DNA of 63,572 bases, filler included, from Porpidia crustulata (lineage: Eukaryota): assembly GCA_964255105.1 (NCBI GenBank). It is 9 parts of 9 records of this genome, joined end to end, with 100 filler letters (N's around TTAATTAATTAA, not from the genome) between each part and the next. Parts side by side here need not be neighbours in the genome. Positions count along the whole stretch, not along the records: positions 7,113 to 14,099 come from CAXUWE010001410.1; positions 14,200 to 21,185 come from CAXUWE010001411.1; positions 21,286 to 28,265 come from CAXUWE010001412.1; 6 more parts are not named here. The stretch is one strand, 5' to 3'. Below are positions 12,661-24,042 of this stretch, one piece after another. The number at the start of each line of letters is the position of its first letter. Position 1 is the first letter of the stretch. Below the pieces are notes generated by a model. The model saw nothing but the letters and a program-made list of their open reading frames with translations, was not told the origin of the DNA and did no database searches. The position numbers and the translations under genes are program-made.

Positions 12661-12890
12661 GTGCGTAGTATCGATGTGAACTGAATTGCCGTTCTGCAGG
12701 GCCCTTGGATAATCTGCTCAGAGCTTACGTTGATCCTGGTTCTCTACAGTATCCCGTGGTACTCTGACCGGTTTTCCATGTTTGGAGACCAAAAGTTGAT
12801 TTTGAGCCGCAATTCTCGCTTCTATGTCCACACATTAAAAATCAGATAATATTGCGAAATTGCCGGGGCTGCGGGCCCGTGAGCAATCAT

Positions 12891-13103
12891 TCGAGGGTTA
12901 TTACAGCTCTTTGGTAAAGTATACTCGCCTACTCCTACTCACCCCTCCTCAACGGGCCACATCCCTCAATGAACCACCTCGCATAGGGTTAGGGTTATAT
13001 CGGTGATATAACACTAGGTGGCCCATTGAGAAATGTGGCCGGTTGAGGGGTGAGTACGAGTAGGTGAGTATCCTCGACCAAGGTGCTGCAATAATCCTTG
13101 CGA
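12891..13103. mobile_element. Foldback/MITE-like element copy B, ~85-bp imperfect inverted arms with internal TAGGGTTAGGGTTA
   Basis: Left arm ..GTATACTCGCCTACTCCTACTCACCCCTCCTCAACGGGCCACATCCCTCAATGAACCACCT versus reverse complement of the right arm GGATACTCACCTACTCGTACTCACCCCTCAACCGGCCACATTTCTCAATGGGCCACCT; inner hairpin GTTATATC/GATATAAC. Confidence 0.8.
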
Positions 13104-13536
13104 CCCATTTGATTCCATCCATGGACGAGGAACATCCATAAGACGCGTGTCGCACGCGTGTGGAAGAGTGAGCTTAGATGATGAAGCTTGATGTGGATGA
13201 GCCACGGCTAGGTGTTGTTTCTTCTTTCAATTGAGTTCGAGCCCTTCCGTTCCCCCAATGCCTTTGCCACCAATGTCTATGTAGGGGTGGGACAGTGGGA
13301 GAGCAATTCTACAAGTAAGCTGTGCTCCCCGCCCTTTGAGGGCTTCATCAAACAATCTATCAATCACACTTATTCTTCTGTTCGTACTTGACCTCGGTGA
13401 ACGAACTTGTTGAATCAGAATCCAACCTTTTCCTTCCTCAAACAAATCTGCCATCTCATATCTCATCTCTCCCATTTCACAAATTACATCGCTTGTTCAA
13501 ACTCCCCTCCACAACCCTACCATCAAGCGCAACAGA

Positions 13537-14099
13537 ATGTTGCCTCTCCTCCTCTTCCTGAACCTCCTCCTCCTTGCTGCCCCCGCCGCCGCCATCTTCG
13601 GCCCCTATGTACACCGGCCTACTTGGACCTCGACGGCCGACGTCCTCCAAAAAACCATCTGCACCTGCGACTCGTCCTACAGAAAAGACCACCTACCCAA
13701 CCCCCTCAGCAGCAGCGGTATCGGCATGTCCGGCTCCTACTACCACTACACCTACCACTCCGTCGTCTACAACCTGACCTACTCCGTCTTCAAGCAGTGC
13801 ACCGCCAACTCCGGCGACATCACCTCGCGCTGGTGCCATAACGAAGCGGGCTTTGAGAACGGGCGCTACTGCCGGAAAATCGTCGACAGCGGCCCCCTCG
13901 ATGGCACGACGTTTTGCTTCCAGCAGAAGACGTTCGCGACGGACAACGTGCAGATTGGCAACGTCAAGCGGAGTTTGTTCCCCTGGCACGTCCGGCGGCG
14001 CAAGAGTTTCGATCCCAGGGTCACGCGCGGCGTGTGCATGCCGTTCTGCATGGACCGCTTCATGTGGGAGGGCGGGCTGGAGACGGTGGAGGGGATGGG
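13537..14099 (+). CDS. Cys-rich secreted protein, 3' truncated by contig end
   Basis: Leu-rich signal peptide ending AAA, 8 Cys in the visible part, strong C-ending codon bias. Confidence 0.75.
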
Positions 14100-14199
14100 N
14101 NNNNNNNNNNNNNNNNNNNNNNNNNNNNNNNNNNNNNNNNNNNTTAATTAATTAANNNNNNNNNNNNNNNNNNNNNNNNNNNNNNNNNNNNNNNNNNNN
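14100..14199. other. Artificial contig linker
   Basis: 44 N + TTAATTAATTAA + 44 N. Confidence 0.98.
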
Positions 14200-14743
14200 C
14201 ATGGACAACATGACCGAACTCCGCTCCATCATCGCGCAGCAAATCCAAGCCAGCTCGAACGTCTACAGCGCCGTAGTGCTCGACAAGGAGCCAGACGACT
14301 ACTGCCGCTGGATCCAAACCGAAGACGCGTGGGGCGGAGCCATAGAAATAGACATACTGAGCCGGCACTTGGACATCGGAATCTGCAGCATCGATGTCCA
14401 GACCCTCCGCGTCGATAAATTCAACGAAGGGAATCCGACAAGGTGCATCCTCGTGTACTCCGGAATCCACTACGACACCATCGCCCTCTCACCCTCAGAC
14501 CCGCCGTACAAGAGCTCGTACGCGCCTCCGGAATTCGACACCAAGGTTTTCGATGCCCAGGATACCACGATCTTGGACACGGCCGTGGAGCTTTGCAGGG
14601 TCTTGCAGGGACGGCACTACTTTACGGATACGGCGAAATTTAGCCTCCAGTGCGGAAAATGCAAAGAGCGCTTTGTTGGGGAAAGCGGAGCGTTGGAGCA
14701 CGCGAAGCAAACCGGGCATTGGGATTTCGGGGAGGTCGGTTGA
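14200..14743 (+). CDS. OTU1: Ubiquitin thioesterase OTU1, 3' part
   Basis: YCRWI..WGGAIE, LVYSGIHYD (catalytic His) and a C-terminal C2H2 finger LQCGKC..GA.EHAKQTGH.DFGE. Confidence 0.93.
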
Positions 14744-15059
14744 ACGACTATTAATAATGCGACCATCCGACGGCGAAAACTTTATCTCTTGGTCGGCCTA
14801 GGTGCTCAAGATCATTGCATACGGGGTTGAAAACCCCCTGGACAGGAAGCGTCTGCATCAGCGAAAGCCATGATATCGTACATTTCACATCTTCAGAGCA
14901 TTTGGTGCGAGGTAGTTTCAGGCAACTCTGACCGGAAGTACATCGGGAATTCGCTGTCTCATATGCTAACGTGGAACCGTTTTTACATTGGTATCCTACT
15001 AGTGCCTTGCCAGATCAAATCGAAATGCCCTCGAACATCGCACGCGACAAACTTAATCT

Positions 15060-16764
15060 TCACTCCTTTTTCTTCTTACTCTTCTTTACCTTCTTTCTGT
15101 CCTCTTCATCCCCAGCTGCCTCACTACGCTTCCGCTTCTTCTCCTCCTTTCCCTTTGTCTCCTTCTTTTCGCGCTTCTCCTTCTTATCCCTCTTCTGCTT
15201 CTCCTGCTTCTGCACCGCCCGCGGCGCCACATCGGCCATGTCCTCATCACTGTCGACGTGGGCGGTCGGGTCATTGATGTTGATGTCGGCGAGAACGGAA
15301 TCCATGGCGTTTTTCTTCAGCTTTGTCAGCATGATCTTGGCGCGAGGGGAAAGGGGAAAGGAGGGTTCAAACCATGGCGAGTTCGTTCTTTGTTGGCGGC
15401 ACACCGGAATCGTAGAACTGCAGTCGCTCTTCTACTTGCGCTCGGAGGGCGTCACCGAACTTCGTCGTAGGTGCCTCGGAGAAATTATCTATCCTTGATG
15501 CGATGGAGCACTTGTTCGCCAAGAACCTTGATATGCGGCCTTTGTTCTTTTGCCCTGCCTTGCCGATGAACGATGAATGATATATCAGGCCATATTTTGG
15601 AGTGTTTCCCTTTGTTTTCAGGGCTCGAAATAGCGCCTTTTCTGCACCGAGAATTTGGAGTGTGGATGCCGGGTATTTGCACAAGCTTGTAAGACTGCCG
15701 GCATGTGATATCAGGCGGGCTCCGACAATTTCTCCAATCAGTGCGGCGAGATTAGGAGCTACGACGCCCATTTTGGAGATGAGGTAGGCGTGGAGGGTCT
15801 TTCGGTACTTTGCAAGACTGACAACTCTTGCAGCGAAAGTAGTAACATTTTCCATGTCGGCTTCGGATATATCCTGGCCCATGCTGATCTTTGCTGCGTC
15901 AATGATGCTCTGCGCAATCTCTGCGTCGTCATTGACTTGCTCCGCTAGGGAATGGAGATCTGCGTCTGAAAGGCGCTTTTTGTCGCCGATGAAGAGAGCA
16001 AGGCGCGCATATTGTTGGTTTTCGGAAACGATACGGATGAGTTCAGGAAAGTGCCACGAATACCATTCCCGCACGCGCATTGAGAATGTGTTTATAGCTT
16101 TGTCGAGGTGATCTAACGTTGCGATCGCCTGGATGATGTGATTGTCGTTCTTCTGCACGCTGAACTTGACCCTAGCTCTTGAGTAGGCGTGTCCAAGACC
16201 AAGCTGTGCACGCTCAACATCACCCTCCTGCAATTGCTTCAAAAGCTTCGGTGCATGCTGTCTGATGCCCCGCAACATATCTGCTACTATTTCGCTTGTG
16301 TCCCCTGTTTCGCACTCAACGCCTGGGAAAGCGGCCTTTACACTACCTGCGATATTTCTTTCTGAGACACCAAGAGTAATCTTAGTCTTCTTTCCCGCCT
16401 TTGGTAAGTTGACCTCCAGCAGCGAAATAAGATATTCAGAAGCAATGCCCTCCGAAATGTCGTTTGCATTTTCCAAAGCTTGAGCTGCTCCTCTGCCCAT
16501 AATTTTAGTTTCGCCATTGTCTTCCCAGCTGCCACGGAACCTACTGAAACGGCGCGAAGCTGAGGAGTTTGATCATCTTGCCGAATCTTGCAAGGTCCTA
16601 GGTACTATTAGTGTTGTCTCTCAATATGCGATTGTGGTTCCGTAGCATACTTGGACAGACTCTCAAACCTCCTTGAGTCGATTCCCAACCGTATCGGGTT
16701 GGTGGATGACTTGGAATATTGCATAGCCCACAGGAGACTCGTGAAGTAGATAGTTGACCGACAT
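15060..16764 (-). CDS. NOP56: Box C/D snoRNP protein Nop56 (3 introns; in-frame TGA at codon 34 as assembled)
   Basis: [10 protein letters not shown] start, [83 protein letters not shown]-rich tail. Confidence 0.95.
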
Positions 16765-18414
16765 CTTGAATTTCTCTGGAGGTGTCGAGAATAGTGATTA
16801 ATTGGTGTTCCTCAGAGCCAACCTGTCATCAAAGCCCGGAGTCGACAGGTCAATTAATACACCTTGCAGACAGCATGGATTTACTCGACTGTGATGTCGA
16901 ATTGGTGACACAAAGGAAATCTCGGATCTCGCTTAGATTGAGCTTTCGGCGGAGCCCTATGAGGCTCCGGGCCGAGGCAGCATGACCGCCCACCCGCCAA
17001 AGCACCGCGTCAAAATATTCTTTTCTAAACGCGCATAACTGGTGTGCAGGTGAGATCGCGCCCGGTTCGCGTTGGTCTCAACGCCGTTTTGTGGGACCTT
17101 CTCACTGATTATTTCTCGAGACTGGAATGCGAAATTGATCTAACGGTATTAATGGATAATTTTTATTACAATGTGATGCTAGAGTCCCAGACTGCTGCCT
17201 AAATGCCCTATTACAGGTCGCAGTGCAGAGGCGCAGCAAGGTACTACGTCCTGAGCCTGTTCTGGAATTGACAAACTCTCTAGGTTCTCCAACACAGGCA
17301 GCTTCATACACGTCATTAGAGCAAAGGAAGGACATTGATTACATGCTGAGAAGAGAATTCCTCCGACCTCCGAAGTTGTTATTGTAGACTTCCTCGACGC
17401 CATCTTCGGATAGGCTCCATGACGAAGTTGTAGAGATCATTCTCTCGAGGTGTAACCTGCTACCAGGTTTAAAAAAATTAACGCACGCTGGACAATTTTC
17501 AAGTCTATGTTTCTCTTTATCCACAGATTAGAATGAGAAGTGCGCAGAGATTTACTTAAGATATCGTATTATACTAAAGATCCAAAGTCAGTTGCCCTCG
17601 TTGAGGGTGTGCGCTGATTGCAATTTCTTAGGTTTGTTCGCGCAGCGTGGGGGGTTTTCTTTCCTCTTGAGAAAAGACTGCTAAACGGAAGCCTTCCCCA
17701 AAGTTCTTGACCACCGATTTGTAAGAAGATCCTCGTGAGGAGCTGAGCTCGACTTTCTAGATGTCAGTCCGCCTTATGTGCGGTGGAAATAGATTCAACA
17801 ATGGAAAACCCGAAATGAATACCCATCCTTCTAATTCAATTTCCGTCTTAGCGGAGAGGAATGTTGATCATCGGCATTGAGTAGAAGAATCTGGTACGGA
17901 CGAAGTGAAGAGCCTTGCTACCAAGCCCATAGCTGCGTACCTCACAAGTAGAGATTGGATTAGAATAGCGAAGCCGATCACGTCTTTTAAGACGGGAAGT
18001 GTGAACTGCTGACGGTTTGGAATCGGCGGTGAAGATGGCCAGCGCAAGCGTAAGCATAAGTCATAGCTTGTAACTACGCGTAGACCGGAAGACATTCTGG
18101 GATTCGAGGGCTAGATTGCAGCGCCTATACGGAATAGAAAGATGGCTTTCTGCTGAGAGATGTCCCTCTTACGGATGGACGTGACCGTCGTTATAAGTTC
18201 AATATTCGACGTGTTTCGGCTCAGCAATCCTCATGAATGACATGCATCGCTATTCACAGCTAGTATGCCGAGAACATGAAGTTTTATCCAGAAGCAATCT
18301 TCGCAAATAGTCATAGGAAGAGTCGTTGATCGCTGCCTTGACTCATGAGCGTCCAAAGTGCGACTGAGTGAGTGATGCGAGAAAGACGAAGTGCTCTGCG
18401 AGGCTATCCCAATC

Positions 18415-19245
18415 TCACTCCTTAATTATATTAGCTGGCTGTTCCAGCCTTGCCAATTCAGCTGTAGCAGTATTTTTGCCACACTTCCAAGCCAAGTCGC
18501 GCGCGGTTAAGGAGTTTTTGTTTTGCATGTTGAGATATTTCGCGGGATTCACATGTGCGTAGACTATTGGCTTGATCAGATCAACATGACCGTTCTGTGC
18601 AGCTGTGTGCAAAGGAGTCCTTCTTTCAAAGTCTTGATATGCAACGAGGACAGTAGATTCCAGCTTGAAATTGTCAAGAAGGAGCTCTACAAAGTTTCTA
18701 GAGCCGTTGATCACAGCATAACGTAAAGACAGTTGGCCTTTGAGATCCTCGATGGTCAATATCTTCGTGATAAGTTCTGACGATCTCCTTTCCAAGAAGC
18801 TTTTAGCCAACCAAATATGATTATCCTGGCAGAAGTGGTGGAGCCGGGTCATGCCTTTCTCATCTCGAAGCAGATCGTCCTCCTCATTCGTCTTAGAAAT
18901 GGATGTGAGACGACTAGCTGAGAAAGGTATATATCGATTGTTGAGTGCGTTCCAGGTACTGCGGTGGTTATTTGTAACCGCAAGCTGATGTTGGTATGAC
19001 ACAGATCTCGCAAGACTAGAGGTGTCTGTGGGAAGGCTTGAGTGTTTCAAGGATTTAATTGCGCGGCGCTACCGAATCTCTTTCATCAATTTCGCGATCT
19101 TGAGCATTTTGATGATTTCATCGCCGTCTCTGCTATCCAGGTTTGAGATATTTACAGGATAGTCAGTCCAGCCTGCCTTGAGGAGATACTTCACGCGAAG
19201 CATATTTCTTGCAGCGACCGCGCGTTGAAGAGGATTATTTCGCAT
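18415..19245 (-). pseudogene. Ankyrin-repeat protein with an in-frame TAG at codon 59
   Basis: ATG 19245 MRNNPLQRAVAARNMLRVKYLLKAG (ankyrin-like), TAG at 19069-19071, then the same frame continues into ORF 19050-18415 with RTPLHTAAQNGH and LTARDLAW repeats. Confidence 0.65.
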
Positions 19246-20540
19246 TTCTGACGATGAGGATTGGGCGTTTGAACCCTAGATTGCTGTGAGAGAAAGTCAC
19301 ATAGATAAATAAGATACACCGTTTCTATTTTTGCAGCGTCAATTCTTGGGCAGCAACAGTGGCATTTGCCGAGTCTCATTGTGCCTTCTCTGAATTAAAC
19401 TTGTCTAGCTCTTGCTTTGACTCCAGCAGATCCGTATTAGAAGTGTCTAAGTCAATGTTAAAGTACGCCTATTCGCCGTCGTTGTCATTCACTGGGAAGT
19501 CAGCCGCTTCGGAATTGGCATTATAGAATGCAAAGGCACCTAATGTAATGATCGAAGGCCGAAACTGATAACGCGATAAAGGAAAATAAGAGATTGAGGG
19601 AGTAAGCTCAGAGTCAAGGAGAAAGCCAGAAGGTCAAGAAAAAGGGAAGAGAGTGAGCGGGAAAGGCCAGAAGGCCTTCTATAAGCCTGGTGCCATTGTA
19701 AACAATAGTCTCGCCTCACTTTATAAAAGCCTGGTCAAAGGCTGGTCATACTGGATACGGAGGCATATTACACTAACGAGGGAGCATCAAACCAAACGGG
19801 AGGGAGGCACGGAGGGCAGCGGGAAACAGGAGACGGCAAGGGGCAGGCTAGCCGGATTCGGCACCCCTTACCGGACGAAATTTTTCTCTCCATATCAACT
19901 ACGATATGGTTAGAACAATCGAATACGAATCTCATACTAATGACATCTAAACCACTGAGTAATGCCTCTCAACGTCATACATGGTGGAAGTAAAGTTCAG
20001 CTGATAGAGATACATATAATAGACTTCGAAGCTTACGCGGCGGTAGTTAGAGCCAATCAAATCCCAACCATTTCTAATACACGAAGCTCATGAAATCCAA
20101 CCACTGTTACGGGAATAATCTTGCATTCTACATGTTCAACAATGATGCCATTTGTTCTACCTGCGAACTCTGTTTACTGTCACCGCTGATGGGTGATTCG
20201 ATTCATCATTGTGGCCGTCCACTCGAGAATGCGGATTGCTGTTGGGCCTCAAGAACTGCATGCAAGGCCGATCAGCATGTAGTCGTCCACGACGATGGAA
20301 TACGAGGTTACAACGATATGTCACTGTCCAACACCGTGTGTGATCAGCCACGCGTCGCTGATGCCGTTTTCTGACGTGGCTATGTGCGTGAAGGAAGATA
20401 TATAAGTAAAGCAGGTATAGGAGACATCGTAGCTTCCTCGTGCATTGAACCTGTTCTTGCTGAACCTTTTCTGTATAAGCCAGGTTGAACCACTTCTGTC
20501 TTATTTCTTTCCTCGTTGCAACGACCCAACTCTGCCCACC

Positions 20541-21185
20541 ATGTTACAAAAAATTTCTTTCATACTTTTGAGTGCATTGTCCACGCTTCTCGCTCTCAGT
20601 TCCGCAGCACCAGTCGCAGATACCAACAGCACATCTTTACAGCAATGTACAGCATCTATGGATGGTGCTCTACCAAATATAATCCCAACAGATTTCCACT
20701 TCAGTGGCCAGGTACGCCGCTACTACATTGCTGCTGAAGAAGTAACCTGGGATTACTTCCCTACTGGTTGGGACAATTGGCTCGGAGTCCCCCTTTCCGC
20801 TTCTCCACGAGCCAGACTCGCAGGCTACACCTCCCCAGGTTCTCTCGGCACGAAATGGCAAAAAGCTCTGTACAGAGGCTATACGGACGCGACATTCACA
20901 ACTCTTACGCCCCAACCAGCAACGCAAGGCATCCAAGGCTCCACCCTCCGCGCCGAAGTCGGCGACATGATTGAAATTCTCTTTGCCAACAAATTACCGC
21001 AGAACTACGCCTCTATGCACTCAATGGGTCTCGCCTACTCCAAACTCAACGAAGGCTCCATCTACCCAAACTACACCGCCCCATTCAACGCCGACCAAAC
21101 CGTTCCCGTCGGCGATGCCGTACCCCCAGGCGCATGCGTCGTCTACAAATGGCTCATCAATGACGGCTCGGCGCCGACTCTCGGC
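20541..21185 (+). CDS. Secreted ceruloplasmin/hephaestin-like cupredoxin (multicopper-oxidase family), 3' truncated
   Basis: Signal peptide; VRRYYIAAEEVTWDY, KALYRGYTDATF, TLRAEVGDMIEILFAN, SMHSMGL.YSK.NEG, VPPG...VYKW. Confidence 0.85.
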
Positions 21186-21285
21186 NNNNNNNNNNNNNNN
21201 NNNNNNNNNNNNNNNNNNNNNNNNNNNNNTTAATTAATTAANNNNNNNNNNNNNNNNNNNNNNNNNNNNNNNNNNNNNNNNNNNN
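21186..21285. other. Artificial contig linker
   Basis: 44 N + TTAATTAATTAA + 44 N. Confidence 0.98.
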
Positions 21286-21646
21286 CCTCCACCTCCACCT
21301 TGATGTAAAGCTCCCCGACTTGTTCAACAAAAAATTTCAGTAACAGATTCCCCATACATACCACAATCATCTTTTCTTCTGACTTCCAATCATCATCCGT
21401 CTAGCCTAATAGTAGTAGTATATATTCTCCCTCCTCTGCTTTGGTCTGATCGTGTCATATCCCCATCTTTCCTTGGCCTTCGCGGGGTACATTACAAGCT
21501 TGATTGCCGCTCTCTTTCTTCATGCCAAATTTGCACGGGAACGTGAGGGCTGGAATCCAATGACAAAGACCCTCCCCGGACAACAGCGTCAGATCCGACA
21601 TTCTCTTAGTCGTGGTGGTTCGTCACACGCGGTGCCCGCGGTGGCC

Positions 21647-23020
21647 ATGGCAATGAATGGGTATGCACATATTTGGGCCCGAAGAATAGTAGCACGGCTA
21701 ATCACGTTCGCTCGTAGGACCTCTCTGCCTGTCCCACCAAACGATCAACCTCACCTCGAGAATGGCCGACTGTTCCATGGATTTCGCAAAGGAATTTACA
21801 TGTACCCATGCGACGAGGTACATTTGCAACCGCATCCCCAATAAAGTGAAAGCCTGACTGACCGCTTTCCTACGGCAGCAAGAGAAAGATCGGCTGGACA
21901 TATTCCACAAACTTTTTCTAGTCTCACGTGAGGGCGCGTTACATAAAGCGCCGTTGATGCCAAGTCGTGGACCTCTTCGTATATTAGATCTGGGAACTGG
22001 CACAGGTATATGGGCAATTGACATGGCTGAGTAAGCTTACCATTATTTGGCAAAGTACCGCTCTGCGCTGACACCGACGGTCGTATAGCAAATACGGTGA
22101 TGTTGAAGTACGCGTGCAGATGCGTTTTTGGAAAGTTGAAGCAAGCTGACCCTGATCCACAGGTCGTCGGCATCGATTTAGTCAATATACAACCGGAGCG
22201 GTATGGTTCTCGACTTATGGTAGATCTTGACCTATCACTGATCTCCTTGATAGAATTCCACCAAACCTCCGCTTCCGCATTCCGCGAGATTTTGAGAGCC
22301 CATGGTTCCTGGGCGAAGACTCTTGGGACCTGATACATCTCCGCATGGGCCTCGGGAGTGTTTCCAGCTGGCCAGAATTATACCAGAACATCTTTCGGTA
22401 TGTGACTCGCGGCGGAACGGATTCTTGGTTCCATGCCCTAGAAACGCCGCTGACATGCGCATAGGCACTTGAAACCTGGCTATGGACATATCGAGCAAGT
22501 TGAAATCGACATCACGCCTCGTTGCGATGATGGAACTTTAACTCGCAAGCCGGACGGCTCTCTTCCGGATATCTTGCGGTGGTTCAATTACTTGGAAGAT
22601 GCCACGACCCGTGCACATCGGTCAATCGTCTACGGACACGATGCTCCACAACTTCTGGCGGCTCAAGGGTTTGTAGATATTGAAGAACAGACAATCAGGT
22701 TACCCGTCAACCCGTGGCCCTCTGATCCTCATCAGAAGGAGATTGGAAGATGGTATAACCTGGGCACAACGGAAGGTCTTGAAGCCACCAGCCTTGGCCC
22801 CTTTACTAGGTGCTTCAATTGGCCAGTGAGAGACGTGAAGATGATGGTCGAAGAGGTCAAGACTACCCTGTGCAACAAGCGGATTCACATATACAACACC
22901 ATGTGAGTAAACTAGTGCCCTGATTTGGGCCAAGCCCCGGCATTTGCTTCGATGTTGCATGAGTGGGCTCATCTAAGATTTTGTAGGCACATAATCACCG
23001 CCCGGAGGCCGGGACCTTAA
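21647..23020 (+). CDS. laeA: LaeA/Lae1 SAM-dependent methyltransferase, secondary-metabolism regulator (multi-exon; alternative in-frame ATG at 21560)
   Basis: Spliced product [113 protein letters not shown]. Confidence 0.88.
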
Positions 23021-24042
23021 TCCAATACTATATTGGACTGTCTATAACCCCTACCAAATGGGAAGGCCGTTCTATGATCACTGCAGGGCGGCGTAACTCC
23101 ATTCGAATTTTGTTACAATGCTACCACGGTGGCGTATTCCCGGCAGCGCTCAGCTGCCTCTCGGCGAAGATACCCAATCAGCTATGCTTCAACATTGGGA
23201 GGTACCGTCCGTTCGCCTGCCTTGATCTTCGTTCGTCCGAAACAGCATTAGCTCGGACCGACTCCAACAAATGTCCTAGAAAAAGACATTGTCTCTCCAT
23301 GTTTGCTGAGGAGCGATTTGCTGCTCTGGTCGGCATTCTCTGGGCCCTTTCCCGTGTCAAGGGCGGCTTTCAAGATATTCTACGAGGCATAGATTTTACA
23401 CTTGTATATGTACGAAGTCACGCGGTATGTCATTGTAGCTGTTGAAGAATGGTTTTCCCAGGAGGCGTGGATTTATCGGACGTTGTGGTTGTTAACGGCT
23501 TGTGGCATCAGCTGGAGATTCTCTTCGGCCATTCATACCATTGAGCCAGCGACTTCTGGACTATAGTGTATACCATCTGCATACGTATTGATGAATGAGT
23601 TCTGCCTCATCGCAGGGTGCGATTGGTTTGATAGTTTTATGGAGAGTATGTACTGAATATAGCAAAGCCGAGAGCTTTTTACATATAGTACCTATATTTG
23701 CCCTCACGTCTTAGTGCGCTGCTTGGCATCATGGGTGAAGCGAAGGAAATTCCATGCATAGGTTCCCGTCCATGACCTTTCCATGTAGGGATTAGTGCAC
23801 ATCTTGAGAACAGCTCCCAAGCTTGTACATACATTCCGTTTCGTTTAAGAATTTACTCTGCCAATGACATTCTATAACTTGTATTACCATATCCTTCCAT
23901 TGTAGCTCTATGCTTGCTCTCCTACCATAATGTCGCCACTTGATTTATCCCTCCATTGAATGCTGATCGTAGCTTTATTTGAAATTACCTCAATCTGTAA
24001 CAGAGCTGAACCCTCACTCACGTTAAAGGCGAAGCAGACAAA

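Noticed and set aside
12593..12997. TTAGGG motifs as a true telomere or healed chromosome end
   Set aside because: Only about two units each, internal, and embedded in inverted-repeat elements.
15060..15210. Purine-rich low-complexity tract as a novel repeat
   Set aside because: It encodes the normal KKE-rich tail of Nop56.
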